Positions 19,994 through 34,645 of a stretch of 64,000 nucleotides of DNA are shown here, one piece after another. A program made the translations under genes and the position numbers. Within the stretch, counting starts at the first letter, position 1. The number at the start of each line of letters is the position of its first letter. The stretch is from the human T2T-CHM13v2.0 reference genome, Homo sapiens, in the NCBI RefSeq assembly GCF_009914755.1, contig NC_060944.1. One strand, given 5' to 3'. The notes below the pieces were generated by a model, which saw only the letters and a program-made list of their open reading frames with translations, made no database searches and was not told the DNA's origin.

Positions 19994-20279
19994 GGCCAAG
20001 CGCGGTGGCTCACGCCTGTAATCCCAGCACTTCGGGAGGCTGCAGCAGGCAGATCTCCTGAGGTCAGAAGTTTGAGGCCAGCCTGGTCAATATGGTGAAA
20101 CCCTGTCTCTACTAAAAATACAAAAATTAGCCAGGTGTGGTGGCACGCTCCTGAATCCCAGCTACTCTGGAGGCCGAGGCAGGAGAATCGCTTGAACCTG
20201 GGAGACGGAGGTTGCAGTGAGTCGAATCATGCCACTGCACTCCAGCCTGGGTGATGGAGCGAGACTCTGTCTGAAAACA

Positions 20280-20310
<31 letters not shown>

Positions 20311-20317
20311 CAAAACA
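19994..20317 (+). mobile_element. Alu (AluS-like) with (CAAAA)n tail
   Basis: TSD TGCCAATATCTTCCA. Confidence 0.92.
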
Positions 20318-21299
20318 CCCAAGATTCTGCCAATATCTTCCAAACTGGGTTTTCTGCAGATGGGACGATCCACAGAGCTGGGTTTGAGGTCCAACTCTGC
20401 ACTCCTAGCCGTGCGACCTCAGGCTGGTCACTGCTTTTCTTTGAGTGCCACCTCTGAAATGGATTAGGTTGGCCTTACAGGGTGGTTATGCAGAGTGAGT
20501 GAGACAGAACAATGCCTCTTGGTCCTTCCCGAGTATCTGCTAGGCACCCACAACGCGCCGGTGCCACCAGGCGCTCGGGATGCTCAGCATTTGGCACAGA
20601 GGCAGCAGAGCAGGGAGGTGAAGAGAGTGGGCTCTGGACCCAGCCTCAGTCCACATCCCGGTTCTGTCCTTTGATGGCCGTGTGAGGATAGTGACAGCCT
20701 GTCTCACTGGGTCGTAGAGGAGTAAATGAGTTACAGGCCGTGGAACAGTGCCTGGCACTGAGGCGGTGCTAGGTAAGTGTTTGCTTTTATTTTCGACTTC
20801 TGTCCAACCAGCCTTCTGTTGCTTTGACAGCTTCATGGGGCTGCTCTGGGCACTCAAAGGAGATATGTTGGGGATTCAGGGGTTGTGTTTAGGGGAGACC
20901 CAGGTCCTGCAGGTGCCCCATCATTCATACTGATGCAGGGGTGGCCTGGAAGCTGCAGAACCATTCACACTCGGCAAAGCCTTCTCTCACCTTGGAAGCA
21001 TCATTCCTAATGACGACACAGGTCTCCCAGCCATGCGTTCCCACATAACTTAGAAGCACCCATCCCATTTTTATTATTTGCTCAGAGCCTGCTTTTTCAG
21101 TAGGCCGTAAACTCCATGAGGTCAGGTACTACATCTGGCTTATTCTCTGATCATCCCTAGAGCCTTGTGTGGTTCATGGAGAAGTTCAAAACATGTTTGT
21201 TGACGGACTTACTGACTGACAAAGTCTGCCAGCCTTATGTTGGTCTACAATGTTACACTCTATCCCATGCCTCCTGCTGAGTTTTACCCTCCTGCTGTG

Positions 21300-21690
21300 A
21301 TGCAGGCTGTGGGATCTGGAGCTAGACCCCCTCAGTTGGAATCCTGGCTGTGCCATTGCCTAGCTGGGTGCCCTTGGGCTTGGTTTTCTAGTCTGTGAAA
21401 TGGGGATAGCAACAGTACCTACCTATGTGGCTTGTTGCAAGTGAGGCCATCTCTGTATGTCACTCAGAGAAGTGCCTTGGATTAGTCAGTTCCATCAACA
21501 TCAGGACTAGGCACGCACCTGGTGAGGTCATGTGGGGGTGGTGGTTGAGAGCCCAGTGGGGCTCTGCAGCTAGAACATCTGATTCAAATCCACCAGCCAC
21601 TGTGTCACCTTGGCCAAGTTCTTTAACCTCCTTGTGCCTCCGTTTCCTCATCTATAAAATGGAGCAATAATAATACATATCTAACCAGCT
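21300..21690 (+). mobile_element. Two MIR fragments
   Basis: ctagctgggtgcccttggg...tctgtgaaatggggata and ccttggccaagttctttaacctcc...tttcctcatctataaaatgg. Confidence 0.65.
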
Positions 21691-21703
21691 TTTGAGCAAG
21701 CTG

Positions 21704-22011
21704 TATGTATGTATGTATTTATTTATTTAGAGACGGGGTCTTACTCTATTGCCCAGGCTGGAGTGCAGTGGTGCAATCTCGGCTCACTGCAACCTCCAAC
21801 TCCTGGGTTGAAGGGATTTTCCTGCCTCGGCCTCCTGAGTAGCTGGGATTACAGGCACGCACCACCATGCCCAGCTAATTTTTGTATTTTTAGCAGAGAT
21901 GGGGTTTGGCCATGTTGGCCAGGCTGGTCTTGAACTCCTGGCCTCAAGTGATCTGCCCTCCTCCGCCTTCCAAAGCACTGTGATTACAGGCATGAGCCAC
22001 TGCCCCCCGCG
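21704..22011 (-). mobile_element. Alu
   Basis: Antisense dimer; AAGCTGTAT flanks. Confidence 0.9.
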
Positions 22012-22689
22012 AAGCTGTATTTATTTTATGTAAAGTGCATAGCCTAGGCCTGACACGTAGTAGGTCCTCAAAAGAGTCAGGCATTTTTCCAAGCCATTCA
22101 GAAAAAAACAACTCCTAGATTTTATCAGCCTTCCCTCCCACAAGGCCAGTGTGTCCCAGCTGACAAAGTTGCTGGCCGTGCTGACGTGAGGAAAAGCAAG
22201 GGCCAGAGAGGGCCAGACGCCTACCCTGGGTCACACAGGAGCAGTGGCCAACCTAGAATAGGCTAGGTCTTCTGTCTCGCAGCCTGTTCATCCTGAGTGC
22301 CTCCCTGGTTTCCAGGCCCTGCTGGCCTGCCCTCTGACCCTAGCCCCCTGGGAGCTCTATCCCAGGCCCATGGGGTCTGCAAATCTGGTCTGGATTAGAC
22401 ACGCTGAGAAGCAAACGCCAGCCCCCCCAGCCGGCTGCCCAGTGGGACCTGTGCTCACAGCTGCTGAGGCTCATAGGGACATAAATCATGGTGGCAGGAG
22501 ACTCGGGGGATGGGACCACCTTAGCCTCCTAAGGGGCACAGGGGCCTGAGAGTCACGAGCAGAGGCACCTGGGTCTGCTGGGGATATTTTCCATCGTCTG
22601 TTGGACAAGCTAAAGCCAGGGTGCATCAGAGGGGGCCAGGACACCATTTGGCAGCCCTCGCATCACAGTAGGCCAAGATCCCAACTTCT

Positions 22690-23400
<711 letters not shown>

Positions 23401-23532
23401 GTTCAGGTCTATACTTGATATCACAACTACACGAGGTAAAATATACAGTCGTAAGAGACACAGATGGGGTTGAACAAAGACATCCAACTTCATATGTACG
23501 TCCCATGAACCAATGTTTCTATAAATCCTCTA

Positions 23533-23892
<360 letters not shown>

Positions 23893-25139
23893 TTAACTTA
23901 CCAAATATGCCATAGTCTTCAGCACTCTCTTTTTGTAGTGCTTCATTTTTTAACCTAATAAAAGCCTCATAAAATGGGAGTGGCCTGGGACAATGAGGGG
24001 AACCTGAAGTGCTGTGGGTGCAAGAGGTCCTGTGTTCTCAGCCCTGCTCAGCTCCAGATGCTGTGCAACCGTGGCCCATCACCGCTCCTCTCTGAGCTTC
24101 AGGTTGCCATGGGTGACCTCTGAGGCCTTCCTGCTCATAACTGTGGAGTCAGAGAAAACAGCCCTGCATGGCAAGGAGGGAGATTTGTGTTCTTGGTGTC
24201 CCAACAGGGCCAAGGACCTGCTGGGGAACCCCAGGCAGGTTGCCCTCTGTCTTGTCTCACTTTCTTCATTGTGAAATGATGAACTCTGAGATTATTCTTG
24301 TGCTGCTGCTTCATGTGTCAAGACTTGCAGGGAGAGTGTATCCCTTTGGGGTCCAAGGTGGCCTGGCTGAGTCGGTCATTCCAACCCCTTCAGTCCTGGA
24401 TTTCTTCTCCCTGAGCAGCTTTACTCCTGTGGCCTCAAGTTGGCCTGGAGAAGCTTGGCTGGGCTGGACCATCCCGGAGGCGACAGGCATGCTGGGGGAG
24501 CGGACAATGTTACAAAATGTTCCCCAGAGGAGCTGCCTATATATGCAGACCACACCTGTGCTTCTCCCCGGTCACGTGTGTGGGCTGACCTTGCAGCTCA
24601 CAAAGGCTCATGGGCATTAACTGTCCATTACCAGGAAGATAGCAAGCTGCAAAATATGCATAATGGAGCACTATGCAGCTATGAAAAGGTGTGAAACAGC
24701 TCTGTAAGCAACCAAGGGTCTCCAAGAAGTACAGTTAAGAAAAAAAAATCCAGTGCAGAGAGGAGTGTGTGAAATGCTACCACTTGTGTGGAAAAACAAT
24801 ATCTATGTAATTTGCCTATATATGCAGACCATCTCTGCCGGAATCCATAGGATCCTGGTTACCTTAACATAGCAATTGCCTCTGGGGACTGGAGCTGGTG
24901 GCTGGGAGAGAAGGAGACTTATTGTCAGTTTATTCTTTTTTGTGTCTCATTCAAAGGAAAGAACCGGTATGTGTAGATGTGCAAGAGGGGCTGGCTCCTG
25001 GGAAGCTGCTAATTGCATTTCTTGATCTCCATGCTGGGTGTACAGGTGTGCTCAGCTTGTGAAAATCCATTGAGCTGTACCCTTACACCCTGTGCACTTT
25101 CCTGAATGTGTCTTATACTTCCATAAAAAGTGTAAACTT

Positions 25140-25453
<314 letters not shown>

Positions 25454-25505
25454 TTAAATGATTTGTTAAGCGTATGTGTGCTAGTTTAACAAAAACGCTG
25501 CAGAG

Positions 25506-25806
25506 CTGGGCGCAGTGGCTCATGCCTATAATCCCAGCACTTTGGGAGGCTGAGGTGGATCGCTTGAGCCCAGGAGCTGGAGACCAGCCTGCATAACATA
25601 GTAAGAACCTGTCTCTACAAAATAAACAAATAAATAAAATTAGCCAGGCCTGGTGGTGTATGCCCGTATTTCCAGCTACTCCGCAGGCTGAGGTGGGAGG
25701 ATCACTTGAGGACAGGAGGTTAAGCCTGCAGCGAGCTATGACTGTGCCACTGCACTCCAGCCTGGGTGACAGAGTGAGACCCTATCTCAAACAAAACAAC
25801 AAAAAA
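25506..25806 (+). mobile_element. Alu (AluJ-like)
   Basis: Dimer. Confidence 0.9.
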
Positions 25807-26825
25807 TACTCGGTGGGATTATCGTCTTCACTGTGGCTGTCTCTGGGATAAGTGATATTTCTAGAGTCTTATAGCATTTTGAATTTGTTTTACAATGAAA
25901 GCACAGGCAGAGAAACCTATAAATATTTTTTCAGAAACAGTTATCAGTATAGAAGCTTTTTTGGAAGGACACTCAGGAAGCTGCCTCTGGGGAGGGGCCT
26001 GAGGAGGTCTGTACTTTTCACTGCATACCATTTGATACAACTTGGATTACTTACCAGTGCATACAGGGTCTATTAAAAACTATCTCACAAAGCAAAACAA
26101 ATACTTATCTTTCTGTTCTAGCTGCTCTTACTAGTTAGAGACTGAGCCAGGGAGGCCCAGAGGGGTCAAGCAACATCTCTGGGGTCACCCAGCAAATCTG
26201 GTGGCGGAGTGGGCCTCCAGCCAGAGCACCCAAGTGTCTGCTCTGCCCCCACTCCCAGGCTTCCTGCCATTGACAAGGCCACAGTCCTTTTCCTGTGGCT
26301 TTGCCAGAGGCTGGCTGTACCTGGGAGGGTAGGCGCAGGGGGAGCAATGTGCTTTCCTAATCAGCTCCCAAAGGGGGAAGCACAGCCACGCTGGGACACA
26401 GGATAAGCACGACCAGTGTTCCTGAAACAGCGGGGAAGTGAGGTAGAGGGTGCTTGGAAAGCTCTCCTGGGTGGGGGACCCCGGCCCCCTGGGGCCCTCC
26501 TTCCTCTACTTCTTACACCAAAGGAATTAAGCATGGTAATTTCATGGCCTGCTCCAGCCTAGGGACTGGCAATTCCACAACTCCCTTGATCTCCCTGGGC
26601 CTCGGTTTTCATCTGTGAGGAAGACCAGGTTGGTCGGGCTCATTCCTGTGGCATCTGGCACAGTGCCTGCCACACAGAGGGTATTGACAATCTGTTTGTC
26701 AATTTGCAAAATCGGAGCCACAATTCAGGCTCAGATGGTCAAACGCAGGGGAGTGGGGTAGAGGCAGAACAGAGGGGATACGAACGTGGACTCTGGGGCC
26801 AGAGTGCAGTCAGTAAACATGAAAT

Positions 26826-26903
26826 AGATCACTTGAGCTCAGGAGTTTGAGACCAGCCTGGGCAACATAGTGAGACCCTGTCTCTAAAAAAATAAAAATA
26901 AAA
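26826..26903 (+). mobile_element. Alu/FLAM fragment
   Basis: gatcacttgagctcaggagtttgagaccagcctgggcaac followed by an A tail. Confidence 0.8.
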
Positions 26904-27984
26904 GTGTTTGTTAAATAAATAAACTGTTGAAATAGGCATATGAATGTACCTTGCTGAGGAGAGGGTGGCTGCCTGGCTGCCCTGGCCTTTCCCTGGCTCT
27001 CCCACCCTCGGGCCTCTCGAGCTTCTCTGATCCTGACCTCACAGGGACACAGCCCCAGCCCGAGAGCCAAGAACTCCTAGCTGCACTGATCAGCTGACGC
27101 ATCGCTGTCTCTGCTGGGTCTGCAGTGGGGAAGACACCAGCTCTCACCTCCCAGGGCTCCTGGGAGTGTAATTGGGGTAACAGGTGCTGGCTTTCCACTT
27201 GGGGCATCTCCAGGGCAAGGAAGGAGCTGCTCTGGGCTTCAAAGGTGGACGGACCTCAGGGTGTCACCCTGCCACGTGCCTCTGGGTGTCATCGGTCTTC
27301 TAAAGCATTTCAGCTAACACAGGGGTAAGAATATTCCCCTTTAGCATGCACTCATTTGCACTTGTGGAAAACCACATGGCTTGTTGGTGATCGCATCAAA
27401 GAGGGATGGGTTAAAGGATGGCATGTTCACAAAATGGAATAATAAGCAGCTCAGGAAGAAATGAAATACCCTTTAGGTACTGACTTGGGATGATACCAAG
27501 CTAGATTAAGGAAAAAAAGAAGGAGCCAAAAGTGTGTACGATGTGCTGTCATTTGTGTATTTGCCTGATCATTCATAGTGAATGGGACATCACAGGAAAC
27601 TGGTGCCCTAGGCTGCTTGCAGAGAGGAGAGCTGGTGGCTGGAGGACAGGGGCACGGAGACTTTTCAACACATACCCTCTGGTACCTTCTGAGTTTTGAA
27701 CCATGTGAATGAAATGAACACAGGCCTTATTCAAAAATAAGTAAAATTAAGATTTCTTTACCAACCATATCAGACACCTAACAGTTGTTAAGAACATCTG
27801 ATAAACAGCAGACTGAGGAAAGTTTGGTTATGGCGCCCGGAGAGGGGGCTCTGCCTGCCTTCCCCCGCCCCACCCCCACCCTTCCAGGGCTCAGGGCAGC
27901 CCCCAGAACATCTGTGCCTCTCTCTAGGTCCAGGGGAGGGCCCACCTCTGACCTCCGATGTCCACGGGACTCTCCTCAGCTCAG

Positions 27985-28327
27985 AACGACGTCTTTTATT
28001 TAAAAATAGCTTTTATTTTAAACTCACCAATTCTCTCTCACACACACTCACACTCACGCACAGATACACACACACCCTGTCACCAACAGTCTTTGTTTTT
28101 CCAAAAGTTCTGCCTTGTCTCTGACCAGCCAGAGCTGGGCAGGCTGAATGGATCCTCACAGCTCTCCAGGATCGGGTGGAGATGTCCCGAGGGCCCTGCC
28201 CAGAGTGTCCCGGAACAGGCCATGGTCCCCCGGTCCCTACACAAAGAAGGGGTGGGCTTGGCTCCTGGGGTCTTCTTCCCTGTCCAGCCAGTGGCTGGCT
28301 CCTGGCCTCCTTCTCCAGGGTCCAGGC
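27985..28327 (-). other. TCF15: TCF15 3' UTR (3' end approximate)
   Basis: Lies between the stop codon and the AATAAA signals; contains a UG-rich tract. Confidence 0.8.
27995..28017 (-). terminator. Tandem polyadenylation signals (AATAAA x2)
   Basis: TTTATT on + at 28012-28017 and 27995-28000. Confidence 0.8.
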
Positions 28328-28402
28328 TCATCTCCGTGGCCCTCGAAGGGGGGCCACCCCCCTCACCTTCAAGCAGCTGCCCCCCAGGTCACGACGGCCA
28401 CC
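28328..28402 (-). CDS. TCF15: TCF15 coding exon 2 ([24 protein letters not shown])
   Basis: Acceptor CTTTCTCCCCCTCTGCAG|GGT with branch-like CTAAT at 28442-28438. In frame with exon 1; TGA at 28330-28328. Gives the 199-aa protein I recognise as TCF15. Confidence 0.95.
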   Translation of the reverse strand, partial: GGRRDLGGSCLKVRGVAPLRGPRR

Positions 28403-28585
28403 CTGCAGAGGGGGAGAAAGAGTATAAAGAGGTTCGATTAGGCCAGTGTGAACACTGGAACTAACCTCTGTATCCCTCAAGAGGGATCCTGATCAATAAA
28501 TCACAGTTCAGCCACACGATCAAGTTCTCTGCAACAGAAAGCAGAAGAAACCCTTTCTGGACTGATACAGACTGCTGCCAAATGA

Positions 28586-28983
<398 letters not shown>

Positions 28984-30270
28984 TAATATTTTACACGGGC
29001 AAAACAAGCACACCCCACAGTGGTCCTCCCCCTGCCTGACTGCATGCCTAGCGGCTCACTCGTCCACCTTTAAAAGGGGACTCGGTTTCTGGCCTCCTTG
29101 ACTTCCCTCAGGGCGTCCCCTTTCCCAGGAATGTGCTCTCAGGTCTTGTCTCCCTGGAAAGGTTTCTCTGTTCCTGAAATTGCCTAGCACTTCCTGCCTT
29201 TCTGGGGACATTCCATGGGGATGAATCTCAGAAGGACAAGGCAGGGTCTCTCCTTTGTCTCCCCATCTGGACTGGGATCTCAGGGAGTGGTAGGGAAAAG
29301 GAGTTCTTCACTCTGTGGTCCCATTTCCAGCCTGGGCTCTCTTGGCCCAGGACCTGACTTGGAGCAGGCACCAATCAAGGCCGCCTGAATTAAGTGGCAG
29401 CCATTGGAAGATGGGCTAATGGCGGCAGTCCCTGAAACCATCAGTCCTTACAGGGGCTGTCTCTACCAGCTCTTCTCATTGATATTTTCAGACTGGACAC
29501 ATGGGTTTCATCCTCACCGTAAGCCAGAGAGGTCACAGATGTTAAAGCACCCCCTCTTTTGAGGCCTCCAGCCACTGAATGACTGGCCCAGAGGCACCCA
29601 GCCAGTTGTAAAAGAGCTGGGCTAGAAATCTATGTTGTCCAACAATCTGTCCTGTTTCCAGGACATGATAGTGTCTGAAATCCCACTGTAAATGCTCATC
29701 ACCCTGAGCCTGGCTAGATGATGGAGGAACAGGCAGCTTTCTCAGCCCACTTAGAGAAACAGCTGACCATCTGGGAGCTCTGTCCCCTGCCCCCTCCACC
29801 CCCAGGTCCAGGTTGGGGCAGATCCATCCAGATGCGAGCCCAGCCTCCCTCGAGGCTCTTGCAGCCCAGGGACAGCATGTTCACTCACAGGCAGGGCTAT
29901 TTTGAGGGCTGAGGCCACAGTCCCAGCAGAGCCTGGGGCTTGGGCTTCTCAGACAAACTCTGGCAGGAGTGGCTGAGAAGGGCAGATAGGGGAGGGGGTG
30001 CAATATTAAGGTTGAATTAGAAAACTGGCCTTCCTCTCTTTTACTCTTTAAGTGCTCAGGGACAGGGAGAGCCGCCCCCTCCCACCCCAAGTCTGGAGGT
30101 CAGCTGGAGACCTAGGGTCCCAGAAGAATGCTGGGACTGTTCACCTCCCTGAACCTCAGTTTCTTCATCTATGAAATGGGGACAAAATGATTTTACTTGC
30201 CATCTCAAGGTGCAGTCGAATGTGAATGCAGCTGTGTAAGCTGCTAAGTGTACTTAGAAGAGGTCTTGAC

Positions 30271-30642
<372 letters not shown>

Positions 30643-33449
30643 TTAGGAGTTAGGCTCAAGTGAGACAGACCTAGGCTTCGATCCCTACTTTGCCAAGGGC
30701 CAACTACTGGACCTCAGGCAAGTGATTTCATCTCACTGAGCCTCAGTTTCCCCCCCGTAAAGGGGAATTACTTTACAGGATCACACAAGCTAATCTAGGT
30801 AAAGCCTTGGCACAGTGTTGGGAACAAAGTAAATGTTCAATAAATGTTCATAAGTATTATTATCAGCATCATCTATGGACAGTGCCTCCTGGTCCCAGCT
30901 ACCCTCTGGGTATACCAACAGGGGAGAGCCTTACAAGATGATCCTGTCCAATCCTCACCCCCAGGTGACAAAGGGAAAACAGGGCAGAGACAAGAACCCC
31001 CTTTCCACCTCCCACGTGCTAATTCTACCACAGAGGGCCACACCTAACCCCTCCTTCAACAGAAAGATGCTACAGGAAACTGTTTCCACGGCAACCCCAA
31101 CTCCAGACTGGCCAGGATGGGAGGGAGGTGGTGGCTCAGGGTAAAGGAACGGGGTCTTGGGTCTTAAAGCTCTTCTGGCCCCCAAAGCTCAGAAGGGAGC
31201 AAGAGCTCCCCAAGCCAGCCAGTTTTCTTCCAGCAGAGTCTTCAAGGGGCCATAGCTGACCAGGATTGCCCCTCTCGCCTATTCCCAGAGGAGACCGTGG
31301 GGTTGAGAGCATGGTTTCTACAGCCAAATTTGGCTGAGTTCTTGGTCCCATAGACAGATCCCAGGGAAGCGGCCAGGCCCAGGGGAGGCCCCTGTGAGCT
31401 GTGGGACAGGCCTGAGACCTGCAGAGAAGTCCCCCAGCCTGCTTGCTATGGGGGTGGACACATGACAGTTACAGGGACTTCCCTCTGTAACCTATCCCAC
31501 GTCCCAACCAGGCAGGCCTGAGTTTGAATCCTGGTTCCATCACTGACTGTGTGTCTCTGCGCCACTGGCAGCACCTCTAAGCAAGTGGGGATAACCACAG
31601 CGCCTCATTCCTGGCTGTTGCAGGATTTTAATGATAAATCATAAAGAGCGCTTAGCACAGATCAGTGCTCATGAAGGCTGCTGTCACTGCTGTTATTGGC
31701 CATTGTGCTCCCCCTCTGCACTCCTGCCACTTTTAACCTCTTCCCTCTTCCTTCTCTAGGCCTGAGCTCTTGCTGTATGCCCCAATCCTAGAACACCCTT
31801 TCCTACCCCTTCATCGGCCTGCCCCTGTTCTAAAGCATCCTTCAGAAATGAGACACAGAAACCCTGTCAGCACTCACCCTGGGTTGGAGGCTTTCTCTGG
31901 GCTCTGAGAATCCCTTTGTGCTTCCCCTCCCCCACCATCAGACCACAGCATCCTCATCTTCATCTCCCTGCCCTGACCCTGGGGCTGTACTGTCAGGTCC
32001 TGACTGGTGGAAGGGTGGGGACCTACAACCTGCTTCTCTGGGGTTCTCAGAGCCAACAGAAGGCAGCTGTTGGGTAGCTAAGGGTTGCTAACTGGAATGA
32101 ATGGGTGAAAGGCAGTCAGGGAGTATCCCTGAGAGCCCCTTCAGGCCCTCCCATCCCAGGAAGCCTTAAAGGCCCACTCCTGGCTTCTCAGCCCAGCCTG
32201 GGGCACTGACAGGGGCCCACAGCTGGGAGCAGCAGGGACCCTGGAGAGGGCACAAGCCTGAGGCTAAGAAGACCGACGATTCAGGGCAACTGAGGCAGCC
32301 AAGTGTTGAGCAACCAGGCTGGATATCTGATGAGCCAGACAGAGGGTGGTCTCAGGCCAAGATGCAGAGGCCTCCGCAGAACAGGGTGGAGCAAGGGACC
32401 AACGGCAGCTGTGAGAACCAAACAGCAGGGAGTCAGGGGCCTAACTCCAATTCCCCATGCCCTTCCACTTGGCCACCAAAAGTCAGTACTCTCTCAGCCT
32501 CAGTTTCCCCGGATGTAAATGGTAGCTGCTGGAATACAAGTTGTTAGACAGGCTTCTTTACTGTAGGAAAAGCCCAGGCCAGAAAGGCACACGGTCGGGG
32601 GATGAAGCAGGTTCCTTGGAGCCTGGGCAAGGTTTCAGCCAAGAGGCCACCTCTGCTGCCACACAGCCCCCGCCCACCCCTACCAGCCTGATCCACTTTC
32701 TTGCCCAGGACACATTGCAGGAGCTACACACCAGCTCCCTCCAGCTGACCCAAGAGTGCCCTCTCCCAACACCACGTCCTTTTGGGGGCTGGGGACTCTC
32801 AGAGGGCCCCTTCTTCACTCCTACTGCTCATCCGCTGGGTACCTCAGGCTCTCGGTTGGCGGTTTGTGGCCTCCTTTCTTCTCAGTCTCCTGCTCTTGGG
32901 TTAGATCTTAGGACAGGGGACAATTATTTCAAGGTGGGGGCAACACACACCGGGCAAGCCCAGGGCCAGCGCCCCGGCTTCCCAGCTGAGTAAATGTGGG
33001 CAGGTGATCCCATCTCTGATGCTCAGATCCTCATCAGGATAAAATGGGCAGAAAAACTACCTGCCTGAAGGGATTCTTGTGAAGGCAAAAAAGTGGATGT
33101 GGAGCGCATCGGCACAGAGGAAGACTCCATAAAAGATGGGTCTTTGTTACTCAGTCCTCATGCCGTCTTCCCAGCAGGAAGGAAGTTCCAGCACACCTTT
33201 CGTTGGAGGGGATATCCCACACTGAGCAGTTAAATCAGACCCGAACTCTGGGTTTTCCCGCATCCTTCTGTTTGGGGGCCTGGGCATTAAGTCAGTGGTT
33301 CTGGGCTTGGGGTGCCGCACCCAGCACGAATTCCACGTCGCTTCCCCCTGGCCTCGTTGGGGACCCCTGCACCTCTCCGGTTCCCGCAGAGGCGCTGCCC
33401 CCCGCCTACCCCGACCTGGCGGCCGCAGCGAGGGACGCAGCACACTCAC

Positions 33450-33974
33450 CCCCTTGCGCTGGTTGCTGAGGCAGAAGGTGCAGATGGAGCGCGGCTGGCG
33501 GCCGCCGTCGGCGGCGGCGGGGACGGCGCCCTTGGCACTGCCCGCGGCGCGGAAGCACGGCTGCCCGTCGTCGGCCGAGTCGCCCAGCAGCAGCACGTTG
33601 GCCAGGTGCGCGATGTAGCTGGACGCCAGGCGCAGCGTCTCGATCTTGGACAGCTTGCGGTCCACCGGCTCGGTGGGGATGAGCGTGCGCAGCGCCGTGA
33701 AGGCCGTGTTCACGCTCTGAGTGCGGTCCCGCTCCCGCGCGTTGGCCGCCTGCCGCTGTCGCACCACCACCACGGGGCCCGCGCCGCCGCCGCCGCCCGC
33801 CCGCCGCCCGCCCCCGGGGCCCGGGCCGCGCCGCGCCGCCTCCGGGCCCTCGCAGCAGCCGAACGACTGGTCCGACGCGTCGCTCTCGCTGCGGTTCTCC
33901 TCGTCCTCGCTCAGCAGCCGCACGTCCGGGTACAGCACGTGCGCGCCGACGGGCCGCAGCAGCGCGAACGCCAT
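33450..33974 (-). CDS. TCF15: TCF15 (paraxis, Twist-family bHLH) coding exon 1, codons 1-175
   Basis: ATG at 33974-33972 in GCGCCCATGG context. Encodes [12 protein letters not shown]...[53 protein letters not shown] (bHLH) and the paraxis/scleraxis motif [11 protein letters not shown]. Ends at donor AAGGGG|GTGAGT, phase 0. Confidence 0.98.
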
Positions 33975-34059
33975 GGGCGCCGGCCGCGTCCCCCCGTGCG
34001 CCGCGTCCCAGCGTCGGCCGCGCCCCGCCGTGCGCTCCCGCGCGCTCCCACGGCCCCGC

Positions 34060-34195
34060 CGGCCCCCGCCTTATAGGCGAGGGAGGGGCCAATGGCAAGG
34101 CCGCCCCGGCCGGGGGCGGAGGGCTCCGCCCGGCCAATGGGGAGGCGTCCGCCCGGCCAATGGGGAGGCGTCCGCCGCGCCCTGGCCAATGGCGA
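34060..34195 (-). promoter_or_regulatory. TCF15 core/proximal promoter: TATAA box, four CCAAT (NF-Y-type) boxes, GC boxes
   Basis: TATAA on the minus strand at 34075-34071, about 100 bp upstream of the ATG. GGCCAATGG with CCAAT starting at 34089, 34134, 34157 and 34186. Interleaved CCGCC/GGGCGG boxes. Confidence 0.8.
34125..34176. repeat. 23-bp tandem repeat (2.3 copies) TCCGCCCGGCCAATGGGGAGGCG
   Basis: Exact copies at 34125-34147 and 34148-34170, plus a partial copy at 34171-34176. Confidence 0.95.
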
Positions 34196-34519
34196 CGCTC
34201 CCACCGCCTCCGTCCCCCAGGTTGAAAGCGGCCCGGGAGCCGGCGGCCCACCCCGAAGGCCCCCGTTCCCGGCTGGCTAGCCCGGCAGATGCTGGAGGTC
34301 TGGGAGGGTCGGCCGGGGTGGGCCCAGATCCGAACTTTTTGTCTCCAGCCTGGACCACCTGGGAGACGCGGGCAGATCCCTTTCTCCTCTCTGGGCCTCA
34401 GTTTCCTCGTTCGGAACGTTCAGATTGCAGAGAAACAGCTAGTGTCTGCCTGCCCTCCAATTCTAATCCTGTAGTTCTGCAGCTTTCACGTGCGTAAGAA
34501 CTGGGGAAGGGGCTTTTGC

Positions 34520-34645
34520 TATTACAGAGTCCCAAATTGCTCCCATTCTGATTGAGCAGTTCTGGAACGGGCCCAGGAACCTACATTTTGTAACAAGCCA
34601 TTGGTGATAGTGGTGGTGTCCGTGGAGAACACTTGGAGAAAAGCT
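34520..34645. mobile_element. MER5-like (hAT-Charlie) fragment upstream of the TCF15 promoter
   Basis: ttctgattgagcagttctggaacgggcccaggaacctacattttgtaacaagc...acacttggagaaa. Confidence 0.6.

Larger units (their letters stand above)
33300..34420. promoter_or_regulatory. CpG island over TCF15 exon 1 and promoter
   Basis: Very high GC and undepleted CpG compared with the CpG-poor flanks; edges estimated by eye. Confidence 0.9.

Noticed and set aside
33147-33449. 275-aa ORF extending TCF15 exon 1
   Set aside because: It is read-through into the intron past a consensus GTGAGT donor; splicing to exon 2 gives the recognised C-terminus.
34134-34176. Possible ER-stress element (CCAAT-N9-CCACG)
   Set aside because: The spacing is N10 and the half-site is CCGCC, which fits NF-Y/Sp rather than ERSE.
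33295-34497. Long overlapping or antisense ORFs (254, 258 and 281 aa) and a putative uORF
   Set aside because: These are stop-poor frames expected in very GC-rich DNA. They are low-complexity Arg/Pro/Gly/Ala sequence, mostly with non-ATG starts.
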